Below, in pieces: positions 39,301 to 49,150 of a stretch of 49,150 nucleotides of DNA. The notes beneath the pieces are model-generated. The model ran no database searches and was not told where the DNA came from. It worked only from the letters and a program-made list of their open reading frames with translations. The position numbers and the translations under genes were made by a program. The DNA comes from Nemertoderma westbladi. Taxonomy: Eukaryota; Animalia; Xenacoelomorpha. The stretch is taken from the NCBI GenBank assembly GCA_032718475.1, contig JAUCBJ010003922.1:1-49150 (forward strand), written 5' to 3'. The number at the start of each line of letters is the position of its first letter. Position 1 is the stretch's first letter.

Positions 39301-41042
39301 CACAGACGGACTATAGCAAGGTGTTTAAGGTTAGCTGACAGTGTCACAGACGGACTATAGCAAGGTGTTAAAGGTTAGCTGACAGGGTCACAGACGGACT
39401 ATAGCAAGGTGTTTAAGGTTAGCTGACAGGGTCACAGACGGACTATAGCAAGGTGTTTAAGGTTAGCTGACAGGGTCACAGACGGATTATAGCAAGGTGT
39501 TTAAGGTTAGCTGCGACAGGGTCACAGACGGACTATAGCAAGGTGTTTAAGGTTAGCTGACAGTGTCACAGACGGACTATAGCAAGGTGTTAAAGGTTAG
39601 CTGACAGGGTCACAGACGGACTATAGCAAGGTGTTTAAGGTTAGCTGACAGGGTCACAGACGGACTATGGCAAGGTGTTTAAGGTTAGCTGACAGGGTCA
39701 CAGACTGACTATAGCAAGGTGTTTAAGGTTAGCTGACAGGGTCACAGACGGACTATGGCAAGGTGTTTAAGGTTAGCTGACAGGGTCACAGACTGACTAT
39801 AGCAAGGTGTTTAAGGTTAGCTGACAGGGTCACAGACTGACTATAGCAAGTGTTTAAGGTTAGCTGACAGGGTCACAGACAGGGTCACAGACGGACTATG
39901 GCAAGGTGTTTAAGGTTAGCTGACAGGGTCACAGACGGACTATGGGAAGGTGTTAAAGGTTAGCTGAAAGGGTCACAGACTGACTATAGCAAGGTGTTTA
40001 AGGTTAGCTGACAGGGTCACAGACGGACTATGGGAATGTGTTAAAGGTTAGCTGACAGGGTCACAGACGGACTATGGCAAGGTGTTTAAGGTTAGCTGAC
40101 AGGGTCACAGACTGACTATAGCAATGTGTTTAAGGTTAGCTGACAGGGTCACAGACGGACTATGGCAAGGTGTTTAAGGTTAGCTGACAGGGTCACAGAC
40201 GGACTATAGCAAGGTGTTTAAGGTTAGCTGACAGGGTCACAGACGGACTATGGCAAGGTGTTTAAGGTTAGCTGACAGGGTCACAGGCAGACTATAGCAA
40301 GGTGTTTAAGGTTAGCTGACAGTGTCACAGACGGACTATAGCAAGGTGTTAAAGGTTAGCTGACAGGGTCACAGACGGACTATAGCAAGGTGTTTAAGGT
40401 TAGCTGACAGGGTCACAGGCGGACTATAGCAAGGTGTTTAAGGTTAGCTGACAGGGTCACAGACGGACTATAGCAAGGTGTTTAAGGTTAGCTGACCGGG
40501 TCACAGACAGGGTCACAGACGGACTATGGCAAGGTGTTTAAGGTTAGCTGACAGGGTCACAGACGGACTATACTATAGCAAGGTGTTTAAGGTTAGCTGC
40601 GACAGGGTCACAGACGGACTATAGCAAGGTGTTTAAGGTTAGCTGACAGTGTCACAGACGGACTATAGCAAGGTGTTAAAGGTTAGCTGACAGGGTCACA
40701 GACGGACTATGGCAAGGTGTTTAAGGTTAGCTGACAGGGTCACAGGCAGACTATAGCAAGGTGTTTAAGGTTAGCTGACAGTGTCACAGACGGACTATAG
40801 CAAGGTGTTAAAGGTTAGCTGACAGGGTCACAGACGGACTATAGCAAGGTGTTTAAGGTTAGCTGACAGGGTCACAGACGGACTATAGCAAGGTGTTTAA
40901 GGTTAGCTGACAGGGTCACAGACGGATTATAGCAAGGTGTTTAAGGTTAGCTGACACGGTCACAGACGGACTATAGCAAGGTGTTTAAGGTTAGCTGACA
41001 GGGTCACAGACGGACTATAGCAAGGTGTTTAAGGTTAGCTGA
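33293..41042 (+). repeat. 44-bp minisatellite (~170 units, ~7.7 kb) derived from Epac exon end plus donor site
   Basis: Unit GTGTTTAAG|GTTAGCTGACAGGGTCACAGACGGACTATAGCAAG. The first unit overlaps the last 9 exon nt. Variants include a 12-bp internal duplication (GACAGGGTCACA). Confidence 0.97.
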
Positions 41043-41433
41043 TAAAGCACGTTCTGCCTCATCTCCTCTTCCACACCACCTGTTTCCGCACTCAAACTTT
41101 CTTGTAACAGTAGTATTCTGTACCAGATTCACTGTTTTATAAAACACAGATTTCAAAATCTTAACTATTACTTTTTTCATAGTTTGATTTCAAGACTTTG
41201 GAATTATGAAGTATTCAACATTTCAACTGATATTACTTCTTATGAGTTTTTAACCTTAACGTTTGAAACTGGTTTAGTTACGCCTTGCGTTTTTTTTGCA
41301 AACTATTATTTGTATTAAATAATTATAATTTAGTATAATTTTTAACTCCTTTTCGATTCACTTCATAGATTTTCATATTATCGGTACATATTTTGGTTTC
41401 CTTTAAAAATACTTTTAAACTCTATATTTCCAG

Positions 41434-41657
41434 GTACACTGCTCGGATATGCGGTACACCACGCTAAGAGTTAGCATAGACAGCACCGCAGGACAAATAG
41501 CTGAGTTAGCTGCGTCCAAATTAGGCTTGGGCCACCACGACCTAATTCTGGTGGAAGTCCGTAGCAGTGGGGATTACGTTCTCTTCGATCCGATGGATCT
41601 CAGTATCCCTACCAGTCTAAGTTGCAACGGAAGACTTTTCGTTACAGTCGCCGCAAA
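41434..41657 (+). CDS. RAPGEF4: Epac exon (Ras-association domain)
   Basis: tttccag|GTA...GCAAA|gtacgt; VHCSDMRYTTLRVSIDSTAGQIAELAASKLG...SIPTSLSCNGRLFVTVAA(K); 224 nt, phase 0 to 2. Confidence 0.92.
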
Positions 41658-41804
41658 GTACGTTTATATTTTTTATATAGCTGGAAGAATTAGTAGTAGG
41701 GAAAAGTCAACTTGCCAAGTCTACATATATTTACTGGTGTTCACATGTGTTAAAGCTTTCTAACCGTTTAGGCGCATGCCGCATAGTCATATCTGACCCC
41801 AATC

Positions 41805-42549
41805 GGGTAGGTGTAAAACGCGGATCCGGATACGGATCCGGATACGGATCAGGACCCGGATTTGCGAGTGTAAAAGGCGGATCCGGATTTACATACAATC
41901 CGTAACTGAGTGTAATATGCGGATTCTGAAATACGCAATCCGTATTGCAGTGTAAAACGCAGATTCATGTATTTTGTTCAATCCGGAATGGAGTGTAAAA
42001 TACGGATTTACGTTAATTACCAAGTTTTGTTGGATCCGGAATGGAGTGTAAAACACGGATTTTCGTTAATTACCAAGTTTTGTTGGATCCGGAATGGAGT
42101 GTAAAACACGGATTTTTGTTAATTACCAAGTTTTGTTGGATCCGGAATGGAGTGTAAAACACGGATTTAGGTTAATTACCAAGTTTTATTGGATCCGGAA
42201 TGGAGTGTAAAACACGGATTTACGTTAATTACCAAGTTTTGTTGGATCCGGAATGGAGTGTAAAACACGGATTTTCGTTAATTACCAAGTTTTGTTGGAT
42301 CCGGAATGGAGTGTAAAACACGGATTTTTGTTAATTACCAAGTTTTGTTGGATCCGGAATGGAGTGTAAAACACGGATTTAGGTTAATTACCAAGTTTTA
42401 TTGGATCCGGAATGGAGTGTAAAACACGGATTTAGGTTAATTACCAAGTTTTATTGGATCCGGAATGGAGTGTAAAACACAGATTCTTGTTAATTACCAA
42501 GTTTTGTTGGATCCGGAATGGAGTGTAAAACACGGATTTTCGTTAATTA
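41805..42549. repeat. 53-bp minisatellite (~10 units from ~41980) preceded by degenerate GTGTAAAA-CGGAT repeats; probable DNA-transposon subterminal region
   Basis: Unit GGATCCGGAATGGAGTGTAAAACACGGATTTTCGTTAATTACCAAGTTTTGTT. Unrelated to any exon boundary. Confidence 0.85.
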
Positions 42550-43069
42550 AAGACAAATAGGGCCTATGCTACTAGTGACCCAGATTGTTTTCTTCGCACA
42601 AAGTGGCACATAGTGTATTATATAGGACCAGCTAGTTTTTTTTTTTATAAAAGATAATAAAGTTTCCAGAGAATCATGAAAAATGCTAAATACTATTGAT
42701 ATAACAATAACTCATAAGATTTTAATACAAACCTTATTATTTTCTAAAATAAGTTCCAGAATAAAAATATTTGTTCTAGAACCTTATTTTTATAAACAAA
42801 TAGCTAACATGTTTTAGAGCATTTCAAAACAAGAAATTTTCAAAAACTATTAAGTATAAAAAATTTAGTATGTGTACACCACGCATACTGAACCAGTACC
42901 TAACCAATAACACACCCCCGCCCCCGTACCTCACCCAAACCAATCACACACCCCTGATAACTAATCACACATCCTCGTTAACCAATCACACAACGTCACA
43001 CCCAACGTCGCGCGGACAAACCAACATCTTGGTTTATTTACATACGAACTTTGGGTTTATTCATTACAG

Positions 43070-43319
43070 ATTGGACGAACTGCGACCCCTAACGGAACAG
43101 GATGGGCCGGACACCGGATCAGCCAACCAACTCGAGTTGATGTCTACCAAGGAGTTGGCCTACCAGATCACCCAACTCGACTTCGAGTTCCTCAACTGCA
43201 TCGACGAGTACGAGGTTGTCTACTACATCTTCGGGAGGATCCAGTACTCTAAGATCACGGCCAATCTCGATCTTCTTCTCCGTCGCTTCAACGATATCCA
43301 ATACTGGGTCGTCACGGAG
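43070..43319 (+). CDS. RAPGEF4: Epac exon (CDC25-HD start)
   Basis: cattacag|A...ACGGAG|gttcgt; (K)LDELRPLTEQDGP...LMSTKELAYQITQLD...ITANLDLLLRRFNDIQYWVVTE; 250 nt, phase 2 to 0. Confidence 0.94.
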
Positions 43320-43504
43320 GTTCGTAAACTCCGTGATTGGATTTCACTCATGTTTTATACCGATTTTAATATATACTTATTGAATATTGTTTCTTTAATC
43401 CAAACCATTTTGGAGCAATAAAACGTACATAATTTACAGTAAAACTAAGAATAAATAGATAAATAAAAATTAATTCAGACTATTAAAACATGTTAAAAAT
43501 GATG

Positions 43505-43930
43505 AGTTAGCCAGGGCGTTTCGAGATGTAAAGGGCCAGCGCCTTTTTAAGGATGTTTGGGAGAGAGGGAAGACCTGTGCAGTGGACCGCGTGGTCCAAC
43601 TCTGTAGCCGCATCCCCACGCAGAAAAGACAGATGCCTGCGGGTGTCGCCTTCCAACACTTTTTGTCCCGGCAGAACTTGTGGTGCGACCCATTACTGAT
43701 GATCTGGGCCGCTGCTCGACGCCTGATGCCAGTCAGTTTTGAAAGTGAAAGTAATGAAGGATCGCTTCGGTCCGGTGGGTTATCCACAGCATTTAGTATA
43801 GCTGTGGAGCTGGAGTACTTGCTGATCCCGCACCAAAGTTTCCAGAAGAAAGCACGGAGTTTCACTACATGTGCTAAATTATGGGCATCGTCAGCATTAA
43901 TGCCATACACACAACATCCGTAGGTTGTGG
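43505..43930 (-). pseudogene. Probable 3' fragment of a non-LTR retrotransposon ORF2 with CCHC zinc knuckle
   Basis: GC-richer island in an AT-rich intron. The minus-strand ORF ...PAGICLFC, continued after one frameshift as GDAATELDHAVHC, gives C-x2-C-x8-H-x3-C before a stop. Confidence 0.45.
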
Positions 43931-44294
43931 AAGGTTGTGGAGGTCTATAATATATACTTATATATTATACGATATGTAATTAATGTTGTCTGTCTATAGA
44001 CCAATACTTTTATAGTTTACTATTTCGGTTAATAGGTTTATATTCGGTTTTATAGAGTATTATTTCACATGGGTGGCGCAGGTACAAATCCGACTATGCG
44101 AAAGGAGTCTTCGGCGTTGGTTTTTTCTTTTCACTTTCGCGGAGTTTAATTTTACTTATTTAAACACAACAAACTAGTAAATTATTTCTAGCTAATTTTC
44201 AGCTCATCATTAAAGCGTAGGCCAGCGACTTAGTAGAGTGCGAGTACATGTTCGTATATTACCTAATTAACGACATTCTTTTCCTATTTTTTAG

Positions 44295-44524
44295 ATTTGT
44301 TTATCTGATATGCTTAGTAAACGAGTTGCGATCCTCCGTAAGTTCATAAAGATAGCGCAGCATTGCCGGGACTACCGGAACTGGAACAGCTTCTTCGGTA
44401 TCATTATGGGACTGAGCAACGTAGCTGTTAGTCGGTTGTCTCTCACCTGGGAAAAACTACCGAGTAAATTCAACAAACTGTTCCAGCAGTTCGAATCGCT
44501 TACAGATCCCACCAGGAACCACAG
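44295..44524 (+). CDS. RAPGEF4: Epac exon (CDC25-HD)
   Basis: ttttttag|ATT...CACAG|gtatct; [59 protein letters not shown]...DPTRNH(R); 230 nt, phase 0 to 2. Confidence 0.95.
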
Positions 44525-44861
44525 GTATCTACAGCGGTTGAATTACATCTAATTTATGTTATATTTATAATTATTTTTTATTTTAATAATTATTTAGTTA
44601 CAGAGCAATGGATGTCATTAAATAGTTTAATGTTCCCCCCCAAATTGAAATAAAATCCCTTTATCTTACATGAATAATGTACTATTAATGAAGTCTGTGT
44701 TATTTTATTACCACCCATAAACTACAATGCCAGTCGTAGGCGAGATTCCTGCTTATCTAGAACTAACAACTCATTGCCTTACTTTCCCATTCCAATAAAT
44801 GAGTATATAATATCTGTGTATACTCCCCATCTGCTTAGGAGGACAACAAAGTTCCGTTCTA

Positions 44862-44897
<36 letters not shown>

Positions 44898-46150
44898 ATT
44901 GTCGCGCATACCATTACACATGCGCGCAGATGCATAATTAGCTGCTTAACAATTATACTACTACTACTACTAGGTCGAGCGAACTCGGACAGTGGAAATG
45001 AGATCCTTCCAGGCTTCCCGATTCTCCATAGTTGTCGCATTTTCGTTTCTCCTAAGTTCAGTATCCCTTTCAAGTTGATCTATATATGTTATGGCAGGTC
45101 GTCCACGACTACGCTTTCCATGAGTTGGTTGCCAGAAAAGTAGATCTGGTATGACCTCGTCTTTACTTCGCCAGCAGTGCCCACTGAATCTTAATCTGCG
45201 TTCGCGGAGGGTGGTTGATACAGGCGGTATTGTACCATAAAGCTCGGCGTTTGTCTTGTGTTGTCTCCAGCTGATGTTTAGGGCTGCCCTTAGTAGTCTT
45301 GTGTAGCAACCATCAATTCGTTGTTCAAGTGATTTAGTCAGTGTCCAGGTCTCACCCCCGTATAAAAACACACTTTCCACTGTGGCTCGAAAGAACTTAG
45401 TCTTCAGGTGCCTGGAGGGATCTGATTTCCAGATAGTATCCATTTTTGATAGAGCTACCCAAGCCTTTGTTTTCCTAGCTTCTATGTCCTTTTTGCTACT
45501 CTCTATCCATGATCCAAGGTACTGGAAGTCATCGACCTTCCTTAGTTGATTATTATCAATGGTTGTCAAGTTTCCATCAACATTAAAGGTCATGAATTCG
45601 GTTTTGGTAGCATTTATATGCAATCCAACCTCCTTAGCAGCCCTCTCCACTTTATTTAGTAGAAGCTGTGCATCTGCTAGCGTATTAGAGAGCAGGGCGA
45701 TGTCATCCGCGAAGTCGGTGTCTGTGACTGTAGTTGCCGGATATCTACTACTTCTGCGTTCTTGAAGTGTGAATCCTAGATATTCACCCTTTGTGGCCGT
45801 CCTCATTGCGTAATCCAGCACAATTACAAATCATAATGGTGCTAATGTGTCACCTTGCAGTTCCCCAGCCAGGATTGAGAAAAACTCAGTTTCGCCATCT
45901 GGTGAGAGTACCTGCGCTTCTGTGTCACAATATAACAATCCAATGCCAGCAACAATTACTTCTGGTATTCCATAAGCTCTTAGGATTTCAAGCATTTTAC
46001 CTCTATGGATGGAGTCGAATGCCCTTTTGAAGTCCACAAAAGTCATGACTGTGGGGAGATTCTTTGACTTAATTCCTTCAATCAGTCTCCGTAGTGCAAG
46101 TATCTGAGCTATTGTTGATCTACTTGGTCGAAATCCGTTTTGTCTCTTAA

Positions 46151-47187
46151 GGCCCGTTTCTGCGCTGCTTTTTTATGTGAGGTATTCTGAGTTTTTTTTA
46201 AGCTTTTTTTTGAGCTTTTTCTCTAGCTTTTTTTGAGCTTTTTTTCAAGATTGTTTTGCCTTTTCTAACTTTCAGTTAAAATTGAGATATAATATGAATG
46301 TTCTAGAATTAGATCATTGGTCTCATTTAGTTGTTATTTTTAACTGAGATGGCTAGTACAGTTTATTTAATTACTTACTGCACACTTACTTGCACACTTA
46401 ATTTAAAGCAATTTCATCCCAAAAATTGAATTATGCGCACTAAGAAGTGCCTCAAATTATTGACATCACTGTGGGTAAACTATTATCTAGCTGCATTAGG
46501 AGCAAGTGGTGTATCATTAGCTACCAATGTACCTCGAAGTACGAAATGTACGGAGAAGGGCGAAGCTCACTTCCCGACGAACCCAGCGGAAGCACTCCGA
46601 ATAAGGCGTCTCATGCTTCTCAGACATGAGAATTCCAAGACGTTTGATAAACTTGGTTGTCATCGGGGAGAGTCCACCAAATGGCGAAAAAATCAAAGGC
46701 AAAGGCGTGAAGGTGGCGAGCTCGATCTCACGTACCCGTTCCTCATAGTGGTTGCGTTTGTGGGCCTCGTGGTGTAGATGGGCAGACTCGAGGGTTATGG
46801 TGGCATTCAACTGAGCCAGGGGATTGAATACCGAGACATCAAGGAATGTCTTTTGGTAATGAGATTCCCAAAACCCAGCAACAGGACAAGTCAAGACGAA
46901 AATACGTATAATCGTAATATTTTCAAAATTCGACCCAAAAATTTCAAAAATTTATTGAGCTTTTTTTCAAGCTTTTTTTCTAGCTTTTTTTTAAGCATTT
47001 TTTTGAGCTTTTTTTGAGCTTTTTTTCTAGCTTTTTTTTGAGCTTTTTTTCAAGCTTTTTTTTGAGCTTTATTCTAAAGTTTAGGTTTTAGTATTCGAAA
47101 ATTCGCAGATTCATCTTGAAGCAATTAATTTCTAGAAATTGCTTTAACTAAAAAAAAGCTTTAAAAAAAGCTGCGCGGAAACGGGCC
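46151..47187. mobile_element. ~1-kb non-autonomous TIR element inserted in the LINE
   Basis: GGCCCGTTTCTGCGCTGCTTTTTT pairs with AAAAAAGCTGCGCGGAAACGGGCC (24 bp, 2 mismatches). Flanks are TTAA and TTCA. AGC(T)6-9 repeats occur at 46190-46250 and 46955-47070. The LINE frame (KLLRE...QNGFRP) resumes on both sides. Confidence 0.8.
46517..46894 (-). pseudogene. Fragment resembling the restriction-like endonuclease C-terminus of CRE/NeSL-type non-LTR retrotransposons
   Basis: GFWE...FLDVSVFNPLA...HEAHKRNHYEERVREIELATFTPL..FSPFGG...KFIKRLG.LMSEK...YS...WVRREVSFALLR matches the motif order I recall for that domain. Confidence 0.6.
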
Positions 47188-48586
47188 TTCACGCAGTAGT
47201 TTCTCTATGTGAGGTCTAATCCGAAATAGAGTCATTATATTGTATATTTTGGCAGCTACCACAAGCAGACAGATCCCACGATAGTTTGTTGGTATACCGA
47301 GGTCTCATTTCTTGGGGAGAGGCTTTAGTTGACCTTTAGTCCAAATTGGTGGTGGCTTTTCCCCTTTTAACATCCGGTTGCAAACATTCAATAATGGTCT
47401 GTTTAGCACTCCTGTTTTCCATACCTCCGCTGGGATTTCATCTAATCCACTCGCTTTATTATTGGACATGCTTTTAATGCTTATTTGGAGTTCTTCGGGA
47501 CTATCGGCTTTGAGGCGCCCCTTTGCACAACATTTCCGACCAGATACCTCATTTACAGTTTGCCAGGTAAGTCTTGATTTTTGCTGTATGTGAGCAGTTG
47601 TAATTGCTTCAGTTTTATCCTGTATGTACTTTTCCTGGCTGATGTTGTACTTGTAGGCCAACTTAAGATCGTCCTTCGCTTTCTCAACCTTGTTAATGTT
47701 TTCGGTTGTTGGTTGTTTAGTTTTAACTTTGTAGGCTATCTTAAGATATTCTCTCTTACAAGTAACCTCAGAGTTTTGCCATGGCACATATTGTTTACGT
47801 TTAGGTTTCTGGGGGATATGCCTCTTAGCTGATTCCTTGTGGGCTGTTATTATATTCTGGTATATTGAATCAGTGGACTGGTCTTCATCCATTGACTGAA
47901 GTGCTTCAAAGCGGTTTTGAACTTCTACTGTATAAGCATCTTTTACAGCATTGTCAGTTCTGAGTTTCTCCCAGTCATTTTTGATTTGCTTGCTTGTCCT
48001 GGGTTTGCTGGCTCTCAAACTGAGTCTGATCTCTGCAGTCACAATTCCGTGTTCCGAACCAATTAGGTTGAACGAGCTGTATGCCTCGCAGTTGATCATG
48101 CTGTTTCACCACTTTTTGTTTATAAGGATGTAATCCAGTTGTGCTTTGGTTCCATTAGGGTATTGAAAGGTCCATAGCTTTCCCTTACTCTTTTCGAATG
48201 TGTTGTTTGTTGGTATCAATTCACATTCTTCCATTAGGTCTAAAAGTAAGTACCCATTTCTGCTGAGCTTGTTACTAACGTCCATCCATTTCCAATGTCA
48301 TTGTACTTCACGGCAGTGTCTTCATGACAAATCATTTAGACAAACCGGACGGGTTATAAACATTTTAATTCCGTTATCATACTCAGAACCCATTATATTC
48401 GGATTAAATTATTTTTTGACTTTAACTTAATTTTTTTAAGTTAAATTGTATAATTACAGAATTGTTAAAGAGAGAATAGCTGTAATAATCGTAATAAAGT
48501 ATTTCTGAATGAAACAAATCATTACCAAACTTTGGATATCATAAGTTGTTTTTTTTAGATTAGTTTTTTACTTTTTCGTTATACAG

Positions 48587-48760
48587 AATTTATCGTCAGG
48601 CTGTTAACAAACTTCAGCCACCAGTTGTTCCCTTTATGCCTCTTATGATCAAAGATCTAACCTTCATCCACGAAGGCAATAAAACTTACTTCGACCAGCT
48701 CGTTAACTTTGAGAAAATGCACATGGTGGCCCAGGCGATACGTCATTTACAGCATTGCAG
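48587..48760 (+). CDS. RAPGEF4: Epac exon (CDC25-HD end)
   Basis: atacag|A...TGCAG|gttggt; (R)IYRQAVNKLQPPVVPFMPLMIKDLTFIHEGNKTYFDQLVNFEKMHMVAQAIRHLQHC(R); 174 nt, phase 2 to 2. Confidence 0.92.
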
Positions 48761-48899
48761 GTTGGTTCCCTTGGTTACCACATCAAATTGGGCAACATTA
48801 TGATATGTGGCGATAAGTTTTATTTTTGCGAGACTATTGTTTATTCTTCCGTGCGAATTGATACGAAATGTTAAATGTTGTACTTCAGACAAGTTAGCA

Positions 48900-48949
48900 T
48901 ACTGTAGGCCGCCTGTACTGTAGGCCGCCTGTACTGTAGGCCGCCTGTA
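48900..48949. repeat. 16-bp tandem repeat x3
   Basis: TACTGTAGGCCGCCTG repeated three times. Confidence 0.8.
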
Positions 48950-49142
48950 GCTCGCTGTTTACTGTTTCCGCTGACATGATCAACCTACACAACCTTGTGT
49001 TGTGGCAACCAGCTGGTGAGAATATATACGTAGTGAAGAGCCAATGACTTTCCTCAATTTTCGTACAAACTGGAAGATTAATAATGGGTTCAGATGGCGT
49101 TCATACATTTCACTATTATTTTTTATGTGTTAATAATTTTAG

Positions 49143-49150
49143 ATCTCAAC
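49143..49150 (+). CDS. RAPGEF4: Probable start of next Epac exon (truncated by window edge)
   Basis: aattttag|A TCT CAA C gives (R)SQ, matching Epac2 RSQP in the correct phase. Only 8 nt are visible. Confidence 0.6.

Larger units (their letters stand above)
44956..48270 (-). mobile_element. RTE-like LINE (APE end plus RT), 5'-truncated, with stops/frameshifts, interrupted by a TIR element
   Basis: Minus strand: WTFQYPNGTKAQLDYILIN (APE), KASGLDEIPAEVWK, QNGFRPSRST, FVDFKRAFDSIHR, LQGDTLAP, TDFADDIALL, FQYLGSWI, RRLRFSGHCWR. The stop codon runs directly into a (TAG)n tail at 44956-44972. Confidence 0.9.
5849..49150 (+). other. RAPGEF4: Epac / Rap guanine nucleotide exchange factor 3/4-like gene, multi-exon, partial (5' exons and final exon extend outside the window)
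   Basis: The spliced exons translate collinearly with Epac2: [123 protein letters not shown]. All junctions are GT-AG and exon phases match. RAPGEF3 vs RAPGEF4 orthology is not resolvable here. Confidence 0.95.

Noticed and set aside
5993-41042. Arrays as CRISPR loci, or RT plus repeats as a retron/DGR-like system
   Set aside because: Units are head-to-tail with no unique spacers and there are no cas genes. The RTs are eukaryotic LINE types and the context is a spliceosomal gene.
42870-43069. N-terminal part of ORF 42870-43421 and the ACCAATCACAC cluster as coding sequence or a promoter
   Set aside because: It lies upstream of the acceptor at 43069. It is low-complexity intronic or TE-like sequence, and there is no evidence for promoter function.
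48761-48803. Epac ending by read-through at the TGA near 48800
   Set aside because: A GT donor at 48761 and an in-phase RSQ acceptor at 49143 fit the Epac C-terminus better.

Overview
This is eukaryotic (invertebrate animal-like) genomic DNA, not prokaryotic. The window lies inside one + strand Epac/RAPGEF3-4 gene (cAMP-regulated Rap GEF). I reconstructed 11 complete coding exons plus the start of a 12th, all with GT-AG boundaries and consistent phases, covering the DEP end, cNMP-binding, REM, RA and CDC25-HD domains. More than half of the window is four large minisatellite arrays (30, 49, 24 and 44 bp units). Each array starts exactly at a splice junction of this gene, and its unit is a copy of that junction, so the introns carry tens to hundreds of duplicated acceptor or donor sites. 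In two arrays the unit reads as a GT..AG mini-intron plus an in-frame microexon. Other content: an intronless, intact ELP2 gene nested on the same strand in an Epac intron; CR1/L2-like and RTE-like LINE copies; a tRNA-derived Nin-type SINE; three TIR/MITE-like insertions, one carrying a restriction-like-endonuclease retrotransposon fragment; and a 53-bp minisatellite. Homology calls are from recalled family motifs, not database searches. Copy numbers are approximate (span divided by period).
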